Below, one piece after another: positions 1-8,866 of a DNA stretch of 28,438 bases. Source of the DNA: a bacterium. Its GTDB lineage: Bacteria > Zhuqueibacterota > Zhuqueibacteria > Zhuqueibacterales > Zhuqueibacteraceae. The notes below the pieces were generated by a model, which was given only the letters and a program-made list of their open reading frames with translations, had not been told where the DNA came from and did no database searches. Numbering within the stretch: position 1 is the first letter of the stretch; each line of letters starts with the position of its first letter. Location: contig JBIOXB010000055.1 in the NCBI GenBank assembly GCA_044869275.1, forward strand, positions 1-28,438, in the 5' to 3' direction. A program made the position numbers and the translations under genes.

Positions 1-28
1 TTTTTGCCAGTTTCCTCCCCAGTATTTT

Positions 29-1996
29 TTGTTTTGTTGCCTGCTTGCTTATGGCGTTCATTGGTGTGGCAACGCTTTGCTGTGGGCACAGGAAAACGGC
101 GGCGCGGCGGCCGCGGCCGATTCCATGCCGGATTTTTCCGAGCAGGCGGAAGCCGGCTCAACCATTCCTTCTTCACCCAAGTTTTTCGCGTACACTTCGT
201 TTGGGCACGATATTCAGCTTTATGTTTGGCAATCCCAGTTGCGCTGGCAACAAGCTCTGGCCGCCAATGGGCAGCTTCAGGTCTTGGGAAATCTGAGTTC
301 CATCTTGCAGCCGCAGAGCGCGGGCGACCTCTGGAAAGACGACCATCAAGCCAGCGTGCAGCTCGCCCGACCGTTGCCGGGAGATGGGCGTTTGGAATTT
401 CTGGTGGAGAGCAGAATTTTTCGCGACGCCTTGACCGGCAGCGCGGGAAGTGATTTTGGCAACAATGATTTCAGCACTTCGCGGGTGCGCCTCAATCCTG
501 AATGGCTGATGGCGCGGCGGCTGCGCGTGGCACCTTTGCTGGGTTATCGCTGGGAAGAGATTTTGAATCGCCAGGAGCATGGCCCGGCCGGCGGCCTCGA
601 TCTCGCGCTGACCCCGACGGCATGGGGCGGATACGCGCATCAATTCGACGCCGGCGCCGCGGTCGAGAGCTTGCCGGAACGACGGAATGAGGACCTCTCG
701 CTGCTCTACGGCGTCTCGCGAAGATTTGAAAGCAACACCAGCGATTCTTTTTTCGTGCGCTTCAATCATTTGCGCCGAGAGAATTACTTCACCACCGAAT
801 ATGTTGATTTGGTGCAGCGCAATCGCCGCGCGCTGGAGAACCGTCTGCATTATCGCTTGAGCGGGACCTGGCGCTTTTCATTGTACTCGGAATTGGGCGA
901 AGCCGGCGTCGAGGTCACGCGCCGGGTGCTGGCCTCGTCGAATGCTTCGGAAACGGTGGTCAGCCGTTTTCACCACGACGATTTGGAAACCAGCCATCTC
1001 GCGGTCTTGCTTTTTGCAGCGACGCAACTCAAGAACGACCTGGCGCTGTCCTATCGCTCGCGCCGCCGCGCTTATGAAATTCCAGACTCGCTGCGCGCTT
1101 CGCCACTGATTCGCCGCTATGCCAGCGAAGGCTACGATTCGGATTGGTGGGACCTGGCCTTATCGCATCGCCTGCAATGGCAGATCGGCAAAAAGGATTC
1201 TTTGCGCTGGTTCGGCCGGTTTGCGCGATATGCGCTCACCACCGCCAATTTGGAGGAACCCAACGATCACGATCGCGTGCAAATTCAAACCAATTTGCTC
1301 TACGCCCACCGGTTTAATGCCTTTTTCAGCATGGGCTGGGAGGTGCGCAGCTATCTCGAGCATCAAGTCTACTTGAGAAAGAATCTCTCGGGCGACAACC
1401 GCTGGATGCGCATCTGGCAGCTGCTGCCCTATCTGCTCTTCGAGCCGTTCGCCGGCATGAAATTCAAGCAAAGCTTCGGCGTGCGCGCGACCTACATCGA
1501 TTACGACTACCCGGAAGCCCTCTCGCGCCGCAGCAGCATCGTCTTTCGCGATTTTTTTATCGCCGATTCGCTGTCGTTTCCTTTGACGCCACGCACGACC
1601 GCGACGCTGCAATACCGGCTCAGTTTGGAAGAGCGCGGTCTGCTGGATTGGGGGCGCTGGCTGCAAAGCCCGCAAACCGAATTGCGACGGCATTGGGCCG
1701 ACCTTTCTTTTTGGCATCGCTGGTCGGCACATTGGGAAATCTCTCCGGGCGTTAGTGCTTATCGCGAGACGCATTGGAATTACCAATTGCAGCCCGGCAG
1801 TGGCTTGCAAAAGGTTTTCAACGGCAACCAAACCATCATCCGGCCCATGCTGCAGTTGAGTTACGTGCGTCCACCGTCTGCGCTGCTGTTTTTGCACTGG
1901 CGCCGGCAGATGAGTTTTCGCACACTTACAGATAACCGCTTGCTTCGTGATCGAAATATTGATACATTTAATTTGACTGTGCAGTGGGGGTTTTGA
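29..1996 (+). CDS. Hypothetical outer-membrane beta-barrel-like protein; true start may lie upstream of the window
   Basis: 655-aa ORF whose frame is open back to position 2. Signal-peptide-like N-terminus ending ALLWAQ, many alternating aromatic/polar strand-like segments, and a C-terminal FNLTVQWGF ending in Phe as in Bam beta-signals. Family not recognised. Confidence 0.65.
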   Translation: MFCCLLAYGVHWCGNALLWAQENGGAAAAADSMPDFSEQAEAGSTIPSSPKFFAYTSFGHDIQLYVWQSQLRWQQALAANGQLQVLGNLSSILQPQSAGDLWKDDHQASVQLARPLPGDGRLEFLVESRIFRDALTGSAGSDFGNNDFSTSRVRLNPEWLMARRLRVAPLLGYRWEEILNRQEHGPAGGLDLALTPTAWGGYAHQFDAGAAVESLPERRNEDLSLLYGVSRRFESNTSDSFFVRFNHLRRENYFTTEYVDLVQRNRRALENRLHYRLSGTWRFSLYSELGEAGVEVTRRVLASSNASETVVSRFHHDDLETSHLAVLLFAATQLKNDLALSYRSRRRAYEIPDSLRASPLIRRYASEGYDSDWWDLALSHRLQWQIGKKDSLRWFGRFARYALTTANLEEPNDHDRVQIQTNLLYAHRFNAFFSMGWEVRSYLEHQVYLRKNLSGDNRWMRIWQLLPYLLFEPFAGMKFKQSFGVRATYIDYDYPEALSRRSSIVFRDFFIADSLSFPLTPRTTATLQYRLSLEERGLLDWGRWLQSPQTELRRHWADLSFWHRWSAHWEISPGVSAYRETHWNYQLQPGSGLQKVFNGNQTIIRPMLQLSYVRPPSALLFLHWRRQMSFRTLTDNRLLRDRNIDTFNLTVQWGF

Positions 1997-2147
1997 TATT
2001 TTTGACGAAGCGTCTGGAATTCTTTTCGGTGCCGGGCACCGAGGCCTTCACCATGCGATCGCGTTGAGGGAAACCTTCTTTCCACTAATGAGTTTTTGAT
2101 GAACCGATGCTGTCGCCAGCAACGAACGGATGGAGAAGAGGTGAAAG

Positions 2148-2576
2148 ATGGCAACAATCGCCAAGAAAACATTCACACTCGTCGCACCCAGCAATCAGCA
2201 TGGTTTGATTCAAGAAATCGAAAGCCTTGCCGAACAAGCCGCTTCTTATGCCGGCCTGGCCGAAGACGAGCGTGACAGCTTGGCGATTGCCGTCACCGAA
2301 GTGGGGAACAATGCCATCTTGCACGGCAACAAACGCGATCCCGAGAAGAGAGTTTTTTTGACCATCCATGCCGGCCCCGAGGGCGTGGAAATCATCGTGC
2401 GCGACGAAGGCCCGGGTTTCAATCCTGACAACCTCAGCAACCCTCTTGATCCCGAAAACCTTTTGCGCGAAAGCGGGCGCGGCGTGTTCATCATGCGTTC
2501 GCTGATGGACGAGGTGAAGTTCAATTTCTCCAGAGGCGGCACCGAGGTCACCATCATCAAGCGCAGAAAAAATTGA
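2148..2576 (+). CDS. RsbW/SpoIIAB-like anti-sigma factor Ser/Thr kinase (HATPase_c_2)
   Basis: Motifs AVTEVGNNAILHGN (N box), VRDEGPGF (G1) and ESGRGVFIMRSLMDEV (G2); GAGG SD upstream of the ATG. Confidence 0.9.
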   Translation: MATIAKKTFTLVAPSNQHGLIQEIESLAEQAASYAGLAEDERDSLAIAVTEVGNNAILHGNKRDPEKRVFLTIHAGPEGVEIIVRDEGPGFNPDNLSNPLDPENLLRESGRGVFIMRSLMDEVKFNFSRGGTEVTIIKRRKN

Positions 2577-2597
2577 GGCGCCCGTTTCGCGCGCACT

Positions 2598-3998
2598 ATG
2601 AAATCCGACTCGCCACTTCGCTTTTTGCCCGCCGTTGACAAAGTATTGCAGCACGAGCGCCTTGAACCTTTGCGCGATCGCCTCTCCGCGGAAATCCTGG
2701 CGGAAAGTGTGCGTGGTGCGGTGGAAGAATTGCGCGCGCATTGGCTACAAGTTTCTCCCGCAGCGATCAATGTGGAAGCCGCGCTCGCACAAGCCGTCGA
2801 TTTGACTCTGCAGCAGGCGGCAAAACTGCTGCAACCCAGGTTGAAAAAAATTATCAACGGCACCGGCGTCATCCTGCACACCGGCCTGGGCCGCGCGGTC
2901 TTATCGGAAGCGGCGCAGGCGGCGGTGAGGGAAACGCTCACCGGCAATTGCAATCTCGAGCTGGATTTGGCCAGCGGCAAGCGCGGCGATCGTCATCAGC
3001 ATGTTGAAGGCTTGCTTTGCGCATTGACTGGGGCCGAGGCCGCTTGTGTGGTCAACAACAACGCCGCTGCGGTGTTGCTCGCCTTGAACACCATCGCCAA
3101 TAGGAAGGAAATCGTCACCTCGCGGGGGCAATTGGTGGAAATCGGCGGTTCGTTTCGCATGCCGGAGCTGGTGAAAAAAAGTGGCGCGAAGCTGGTGGAA
3201 GTCGGCACCACCAACAAGACCAAAGTGAGTGATTATGCCCATGCCCTCACGCCGCGCACGGCGGGTTTCCTGGTCGCGCACACCAGTAATTATCGCATCC
3301 TGGGATTCACGCAAGAAGTCGATCTGCGGGCTCTGGCCGAGCTGGCACGCGCGCGCCATGTGATTTTAGTGCACGATCTTGGCGGCGGTGTGCTGGTCGA
3401 TCTGCGGCGCTGGGGCTTGCCGCACGAGCCCGTGGTTTCTGAAAGCATTGCCGCCGGCGCCCATCTGGTGACTTTCAGCGGTGACAAAATATTGGGCGGG
3501 CCACAATCGGGCTTGATCGTTGGCGAGCGCGAGTTGATTCAACGCCTCAAAAAAAATCCCTTGATGCGCGCGCTGCGTTGTGACAAACTTACGCTGGGCA
3601 TTCTGGAAAGCACGTTGCGGTTGTTTTTGCATCCGGAACGATTGCCGGAACGGCACGCCGTTTTTCGAAAAATGACGGAAAAACTGGAGATCGTGCAACA
3701 GCGTGCGCAACGATTGCAACTCGAGTTGCGGCAAGCCTGCGGTGCATGGCTCGCCGTGCATGTCGAGCCTTCCGAAAGCGAAGTGGGCAGCGGTGCCCTG
3801 CCCTTGGAAAAAATTCCAAGCTTTGCCGCCGTGCTCCAGGCACAGCCTTTTTCAGCCAGCCAATTGGCGCAGCACCTGCGCCGGTGCGAAATGCCAATCT
3901 TGGGTTACATTCGTGACCAACGTTTGTGGCTGGATTGCCGCACGCTTGACGATGAAGAAGTTTCGAGGATTGCACAAACGTTGCAGAAGCTGTATTGA
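2598..3998 (+). CDS. selA: L-seryl-tRNA(Sec) selenium transferase (selenocysteine synthase)
   Basis: INGTGVILHTGLGRA, VVNNNAAAV, SRGQLVEIGGSFR, EVGTTNKT, PLP-lysine motif FSGDKILGGPQSG and RALRCDK; 466 aa including the N-terminal SelA domain (LPAVDKVL). Confidence 0.97.
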   Translation: MKSDSPLRFLPAVDKVLQHERLEPLRDRLSAEILAESVRGAVEELRAHWLQVSPAAINVEAALAQAVDLTLQQAAKLLQPRLKKIINGTGVILHTGLGRAVLSEAAQAAVRETLTGNCNLELDLASGKRGDRHQHVEGLLCALTGAEAACVVNNNAAAVLLALNTIANRKEIVTSRGQLVEIGGSFRMPELVKKSGAKLVEVGTTNKTKVSDYAHALTPRTAGFLVAHTSNYRILGFTQEVDLRALAELARARHVILVHDLGGGVLVDLRRWGLPHEPVVSESIAAGAHLVTFSGDKILGGPQSGLIVGERELIQRLKKNPLMRALRCDKLTLGILESTLRLFLHPERLPERHAVFRKMTEKLEIVQQRAQRLQLELRQACGAWLAVHVEPSESEVGSGALPLEKIPSFAAVLQAQPFSASQLAQHLRRCEMPILGYIRDQRLWLDCRTLDDEEVSRIAQTLQKLY

Positions 3999-4093
3999 AA
4001 AAATCACCAAAAAGCCAGGAAATAGGCAAATCAGAATTGGTTCATGAACCGTCTTAAGCTGCCCAAAGACTCTAATTTAGCCCGGAAAAATGC

Positions 4094-4122
4094 TTGACTA
4101 AAAAGCCCAAATTTGCTATTAT
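4094..4122 (+). promoter_or_regulatory. sigma70 promoter of the rplM-rpsI operon
   Basis: TTGACT (4094-4099), 17-nt spacer, TATTAT (4117-4122), with extended -10 TG at 4114-4115. Confidence 0.8.
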
Positions 4123-4185
4123 TCTTCTTTGTGTTGGGAAAGTTTGCGAAAAGAGAACATTTGTTTCAAGTTTTGCGAGGGCAAG

Positions 4186-4611
4186 TTGAAAACCTACATT
4201 CCGAAAAAAGAGCAGGTTAAGAGCAAGTGGTACCTCGTCGATGCCAGCGGCAAAGTGCTGGGCCGCATCGCCAGCGAGATTGCTCGTGTTTTGCGCGGTA
4301 AACACCGCCCGGATTTCACGCCGCATTTGGACTTGGGTGATCACGTCGTCGTGATTAACGCCGACAAGGTTGCGCTTACGGGAAGAAAGGCTTCCATCAA
4401 AACCTACACGCATCACACGGGCTATCCCGGCGGGTTGAAGCAAATCAAATTCAGCGATTTGCTCAAGACCAAGCCCGAGCGTATCATTGAAAAGGCGGTA
4501 TGGGGCATGCTGCCGCACAATCGCCTCGGCCGCCGCTTGATTCTGAAGCTGAAAGTATATGCCGGCGGCGAGCATCCGCATACCGCGCAGCAGCCGGAAG
4601 CGTTGGCGTGA
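4186..4611 (+). CDS. rplM: 50S ribosomal protein L13 (TTG start)
   Basis: [74 protein letters not shown] at 4186 with GAGG at 4177-4180. Confidence 0.97.
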   Translation: MKTYIPKKEQVKSKWYLVDASGKVLGRIASEIARVLRGKHRPDFTPHLDLGDHVVVINADKVALTGRKASIKTYTHHTGYPGGLKQIKFSDLLKTKPERIIEKAVWGMLPHNRLGRRLILKLKVYAGGEHPHTAQQPEALA

Positions 4612-4749
4612 ACTTGTTTTGCTTTTAGTCGTACGCCCGGCGTTTGCCGGATTCTCCTCGCAGCGCTCGGCCGCACTGGCGCGTGCGAAGAGGCAGGGAA
4701 AAAATAAACGGGCTTTGAAATTCATGTTGATTCGTCAATAGAGGACGGA

Positions 4750-5142
4750 ATGAAAGTCTTATCCTTTAATGCAACGGGAAGACGCAAACATTCGGTGGCG
4801 CGCGTGCGCCTGCTGCCGGGTGCGGGCAGTTTTATGATCAATCAAAAAGGCCTGCTCGATTATTTCAAGCGCGAAACCTTGAAAATGATCATTGAGCAGC
4901 CGCTGCAATTGACCGAGACTCTGGGCAAGTACGACGTCCTGGCGAACGTGGAGGGCGGCGGCTTGACCGGCCAGGCGGGCGCGGTGCGCATGGGCATTGC
5001 GCGGGCGCTGCTCAAAGTCGACAGCGATTATCGCAAGAAACTGAAGGTTGCGGGCTTTTTGACGCGCGATTCGCGCATGAAAGAACGCAAAAAGTATGGC
5101 CAAAAAGGCGCGCGCAAGCGTTTCCAGTTCTCGAAGCGTTGA
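4750..5142 (+). CDS. rpsI: 30S ribosomal protein S9
   Basis: [50 protein letters not shown]. Confidence 0.98.
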   Translation: MKVLSFNATGRRKHSVARVRLLPGAGSFMINQKGLLDYFKRETLKMIIEQPLQLTETLGKYDVLANVEGGGLTGQAGAVRMGIARALLKVDSDYRKKLKVAGFLTRDSRMKERKKYGQKGARKRFQFSKR

Positions 5143-5224
5143 CCGCCGGATGGGATTCTCGCTTCGCATGTTCGGCAAAAACCGCGCACGGATTTTCGCC
5201 TTTCATCCTCGCAGCCCGCTCCCA

Positions 5225-5253
5225 TTGATCACGTGCAATTCCGGCGTTATACT
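5225..5253 (+). promoter_or_regulatory. sigma70 promoter for rpsB-tsf
   Basis: TTGATC (5225-5230), 17-nt spacer, TATACT (5248-5253), immediately upstream of the S2 leader. Confidence 0.75.
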
Positions 5254-5259
5254 ATTTCA

Positions 5260-5454
5260 AAATCACTCACATCCGCGCCGCGACTCCGGGGTTTCCAGCA
5301 ATGGAACGGCGAGTCGTATTCGGGCCGGATGGCGGATTCGCGGCGCATACAGCACAAGCTCGCAGGGTGTGCTTCGGCGCAGCGAGGCTCGCCTTGACCT
5401 GATTGTTCCCGGTCCGGCGAGCACCAACCCCAAACCAAAGGAGATGTGCGTCAA
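5260..5454 (+). ncRNA. rpsB 5' leader (S2 autoregulatory leader, t44-like)
   Basis: Located between the promoter and rpsB. Nested stems CATCCG/CGGATG and CGACTC/GAGTCG, GGGGTT (5288-5293) complementary to AACCCC (5426-5431), and a TTCCA-GCAA-TGGAA hairpin. This matches my recollection of the S2 leader architecture. Confidence 0.75.
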
Positions 5455-6237
5455 ATGAACGTCAGTCTACAAGATTTGTTGGTGGCAGGAACACATTTCG
5501 GCCACCTCACCCGCCGTTGGAACCCAAAGATGAAAAGATACATCTTTATGGAGCGCAACGGCATTCACATCATCGACCTTAAGAAAACCCTGGAATGCCT
5601 GCAGCAGGCCTATCAGGGAGTAGCAAACGCCGTACGCAACGGTGATAAGATTCTGTTCGTCGGCACCAAGAAACAGGCCCGGGAAATCATCAAATCCGAG
5701 GCGGAGCGCTGCAGCATGTATTATGTCAACGAACGCTGGCTCGGCGGCATGTTGACGAACTTCAGCACCATCAAAAAAAGCATCAAGCGTTTGAAGAATA
5801 TCGAAAAGATGAGCAACGACGGCACCTATGACAAAATTACGAAAAAAGAAATTTTGTCGCTGGAACGCGAGCGCGGCAAGCTGGAAAACGTTCTGGGCGG
5901 CATCCGCGACATGACCCGGTTGCCGGGCGCGATTTTTGTGGTCGATATCCGCAAAGAAGCGATTGCGGTAGCCGAGGCGAACAAACTTAACGTTCCGGTG
6001 ATCGCGATCGTCGACACCAATTGCGACCCGGATGCGGTGGCGCTTCCCATCCCCGGCAATGACGATGCGTTCAAGTCCGTGGGCCTGATCACGAGAGCGA
6101 TCGCGGACGCCGTGCAGGAAGGCTTGAGCGGCATGCGCGAACGCATGCCGGAAAAAGAAGAGGAACCGATGTACGCCGAGCGCGAGGAAGGCGAGGTGGT
6201 GGTGACGGTGGCCGACGTCGAGGCGCAACGGCGATAA
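5455..6237 (+). CDS. rpsB: 30S ribosomal protein S2
   Basis: [60 protein letters not shown] at 5438-5443, ATG at 5455. Confidence 0.98.
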   Translation: MNVSLQDLLVAGTHFGHLTRRWNPKMKRYIFMERNGIHIIDLKKTLECLQQAYQGVANAVRNGDKILFVGTKKQAREIIKSEAERCSMYYVNERWLGGMLTNFSTIKKSIKRLKNIEKMSNDGTYDKITKKEILSLERERGKLENVLGGIRDMTRLPGAIFVVDIRKEAIAVAEANKLNVPVIAIVDTNCDPDAVALPIPGNDDAFKSVGLITRAIADAVQEGLSGMRERMPEKEEEPMYAEREEGEVVVTVADVEAQRR

Positions 6238-6274
6238 ACAACGTGAATTCGTTTTGATCGGAGGTTATTTTCGC

Positions 6275-6868
6275 ATGGCTGTTTCTGCTGATTTAGTCAA
6301 ACAATTGCGTGAGCAAACCGGCGCGGGTATCATGGATTGCAAAACCGCGCTGGCCGAAACCAACGGTAATTTTGAAAAGGCGATCGAATGGCTGCGCAAA
6401 AAAGGCGCAGCCTCGGCGCAGAAAAAAGTCGGCCGCGCCACGAATGAAGGCGTGGTCGAAGCTTATATTCATCCCGGCAGCCGGCTCGGCGTGTTGATCG
6501 AAGTGAATTGCGAAACTGATTTTGTCGCCAAGACCGAGGATTTCAAAACCCTGGCACGCGATCTCGCGATGCAGGTGGCGGCGTCGAGCCCGCGTTTTGT
6601 CAAGCGTGAAGAGGTGCCGGCGGACGTCGTCGAAAAAGAAATGGAAATCTACCGCACCCAAGCGGAGAATGAGAAGAAGCCCGCCAACGTGACGGAGCGC
6701 ATTGCACAGGGTAAGCTCGAAAAATTCTATCAGGAAATCGTATTGATGGAGCAAAGCTTCATCAAGGATCCCAACCGCACAGTGAAACAACTGGTCACGG
6801 ATGTGATCGCCAAAGTCGGAGAGAACATCGCGATTCGCCGCTTTGTGCGTTTTCAACTTGGTGAATGA
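6275..6868 (+). CDS. tsf: Elongation factor Ts (short form, ~197 aa)
   Basis: [45 protein letters not shown]. Confidence 0.97.
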   Translation: MAVSADLVKQLREQTGAGIMDCKTALAETNGNFEKAIEWLRKKGAASAQKKVGRATNEGVVEAYIHPGSRLGVLIEVNCETDFVAKTEDFKTLARDLAMQVAASSPRFVKREEVPADVVEKEMEIYRTQAENEKKPANVTERIAQGKLEKFYQEIVLMEQSFIKDPNRTVKQLVTDVIAKVGENIAIRRFVRFQLGE

Positions 6869-7584
6869 GCGAAAAGCCGGTTTACAAACGCGTGCTGCTC
6901 AAGCTGAGCGGCGAAGCTTTGATGAGCGAACGGGGCCTGAGCGTCGACCCCGATATCGTCGAAGTCATTGCTTTGGAAATCAAGTCAGTGGTGCAATTGG
7001 GAGTGCAGGTCGGCGTAGTGATCGGAGGGGGCAATATTTTTCGCGGCCTGTCGGCCAGCGCGCGGGGCATGGATCGCGTGCAGGCCGATTACATGGGCAT
7101 GCTGGCGACGGTGATGAACGGCATGGCTCTCCAGGATTTTCTCGAGCGCCACAATGTCTTTACGCGCCTGCAAACGGCGATCAAAATGGAACAAATCGCC
7201 GAGCCTTATATTCGCCGGCGTGCGGTGCGGCATCTGGAAAAAGGCCGCGTGGTGATCTTCGCAGCGGGAACGGGAAATCCTTTCTTCACCACCGATACGG
7301 CCGCCTCTTTGCGCGCGATTGAAATCGAAGCCGATGCGGTTTTGAAGGGCACGAAAGTCGACGGTGTCTATGACGCCGACCCCATGACCGATCTGCACGC
7401 GAAAAAATTCGAAACCCTGACCTATCTGGACATCATCAAGCGTGGCTTGAGGGTGATGGACGTCACCGCAGTGACGCTGTGCATGGAAAACAAATTGCCC
7501 ATCGTGGTTTTCGCGTTGAAAACGCCGGGCAACTTCAAGCGCATCGTCCTCGGCGAGCCCATCGGCACCAAGGTGATCGGCTAG
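6865..7584 (+). CDS. pyrH: UMP kinase
   Basis: [49 protein letters not shown] overlap with the tsf stop. Confidence 0.98.
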   Translation: MSEKPVYKRVLLKLSGEALMSERGLSVDPDIVEVIALEIKSVVQLGVQVGVVIGGGNIFRGLSASARGMDRVQADYMGMLATVMNGMALQDFLERHNVFTRLQTAIKMEQIAEPYIRRRAVRHLEKGRVVIFAAGTGNPFFTTDTAASLRAIEIEADAVLKGTKVDGVYDADPMTDLHAKKFETLTYLDIIKRGLRVMDVTAVTLCMENKLPIVVFALKTPGNFKRIVLGEPIGTKVIG

Positions 7585-7696
7585 AATGGTGCGCCTCCTG
7601 GGCGCTCTGATCTTTTGCAGTGTTCATGCCAAACCTCTCACGAGGGACTACCACGGACATCTCAAAAAGCGTGCTGCTGGAAGGAGTGTAGAACTC

Positions 7697-8254
7697 ATGT
7701 CTCATGCGATTACCAAAGAAGCGGAATCCCGCATGCACAAGGCGGTGGAAAACATCCGCAATGAATTCGCCAAGATTCGCACGGGCAAGGCCTCGGGAAC
7801 GGTGCTGGATAGCGTGCGCGTGAATTATCATGGCGCCTCGATGCACATCAAGCAGGTGGCCACGATCAACACGCCGGAAGCACGGCTGATCACGGTACAG
7901 CCCTACGACAAAAGCATGATCGCCGAAATCGAAAAGTCGATCCTGAAGGCGGATTTGGGTTTGAATCCGCAAAATGACGGTAGCCTCATCCGCATTCCCA
8001 TCCCCCCCCTGAACGAGGAGCGCCGCAAAGACTTGGTGCGCGCCTGCCACAAGCTGGCAGAAGACGGCCGCATCGCTATCCGTAACGTCCGCCGCGACAC
8101 CATGGAGCATCTCAAAAAAGAAAAGAAAGACGGCAAACTCTCCGAAGACGATGAAAAAAAGCTGGAAAAAGAAGCCCAGAAATTGACGGATGCGCAAATC
8201 GGGCAGATCGATGATTTGCTCAAGCGCAAAGAGGCGGAAGTCATGGAAGTTTAG
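7697..8254 (+). CDS. frr: Ribosome recycling factor
   Basis: IRTGKAS..LGLNPQNDG..IPPLNEERRKDLV..IRNVRRD; AAGGAG at 7681-7686 supports ATG 7697 (185 aa). Confidence 0.97.
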   Translation: MSHAITKEAESRMHKAVENIRNEFAKIRTGKASGTVLDSVRVNYHGASMHIKQVATINTPEARLITVQPYDKSMIAEIEKSILKADLGLNPQNDGSLIRIPIPPLNEERRKDLVRACHKLAEDGRIAIRNVRRDTMEHLKKEKKDGKLSEDDEKKLEKEAQKLTDAQIGQIDDLLKRKEAEVMEV

Positions 8255-8275
8255 CCTGAATTGGTGAGGTTCGTC

Positions 8276-8569
8276 ATGTCCGCGGTCAAAAAACTCTCTG
8301 CTGAAGAAATTCAAAGCAAGCTTCCCGCATTGGCGGGCTGGGCCCTCGTTTCCGGCAAGCTGAAAAAAGAATTTCATTTCAAGTCTTTTGTGGAAGCATT
8401 TGGCTTCATGTCGAGCGTGGCGCTGCTGGCTGAAGCGATGAACCACCATCCCGAATGGAGCAATGTTTATAACCGTGTTTCCATCGAACTGATCACGCAC
8501 GATGCCGGCGGCATTAGCACGCGCGATTTCGATCTGGCCGGAAAAATCGAAGCATTGCTCAAAAAGTAG
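8276..8569 (+). CDS. phhB: Pterin-4-alpha-carbinolamine dehydratase
   Basis: [42 protein letters not shown] family motif; GAGG SD. Confidence 0.93.
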   Translation: MSAVKKLSAEEIQSKLPALAGWALVSGKLKKEFHFKSFVEAFGFMSSVALLAEAMNHHPEWSNVYNRVSIELITHDAGGISTRDFDLAGKIEALLKK

Positions 8570-8595
8570 AGCTTCCGAGTTTCGAAATTCACAAT

Positions 8596-8617
8596 GGCGA
8601 CTGATGGTCGCCTTTTT
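8596..8617 (+). terminator. Intrinsic terminator closing the translation cluster
   Basis: GGCGAC-TGATG-GTCGCC hairpin followed by TTTTT, 26 nt after the phhB stop. Confidence 0.7.
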
Positions 8618-8687
8618 AATTTTGTGCTTACTGCCCTGGCCAATCTTGAACTGCGACCAAAGTCGAACCATGGCTCGCATGGCTCGC

Positions 8688-8716
8688 TTGACAAATTACC
8701 TCCTTTTTCTTATTCT
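8688..8716 (+). promoter_or_regulatory. sigma70-like promoter upstream of the FG-GAP/T9SS remnant
   Basis: TTGACA (8688-8693), 17-nt spacer, TATTCT (8711-8716). Confidence 0.6.
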
Positions 8717-8866
8717 CCACTTATCAAGATAATACACCCTCCCCCACTTTATTCAAAACGCTGAACAGCGTAGCCGCCCATTTCTACAAGAAAGGCAACG
8801 ACGCGAACAGTAACCAACGATTTTATCCTACTGCACAGTATCATCTTAACTTGAAGGGGACAAGTC

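Noticed and set aside
4609..4707. Selenocysteine read-through of the rplM UGA with downstream hairpins as a SECIS
   Set aside because: L13 is already full length at this stop and the extension is not protein-like. No other in-frame UGA at a conserved Cys position was noticed.
1997..5454. tRNA-Sec (selC) near selA
   Set aside because: No cloverleaf with a UCA anticodon or a T-arm consensus was found in any spacer.
7586..7696. N-terminal extensions of frr (7586) and rplM (4129) in the ORF track
   Set aside because: SD position and family length support the downstream starts at 7697 and 4186.
7535..8680. Long minus-strand ORFs (e.g. 7535-8680, 24893-25804, 16204-17055)
   Set aside because: They are antisense shadows of well-supported + strand genes and show no recognisable motifs.
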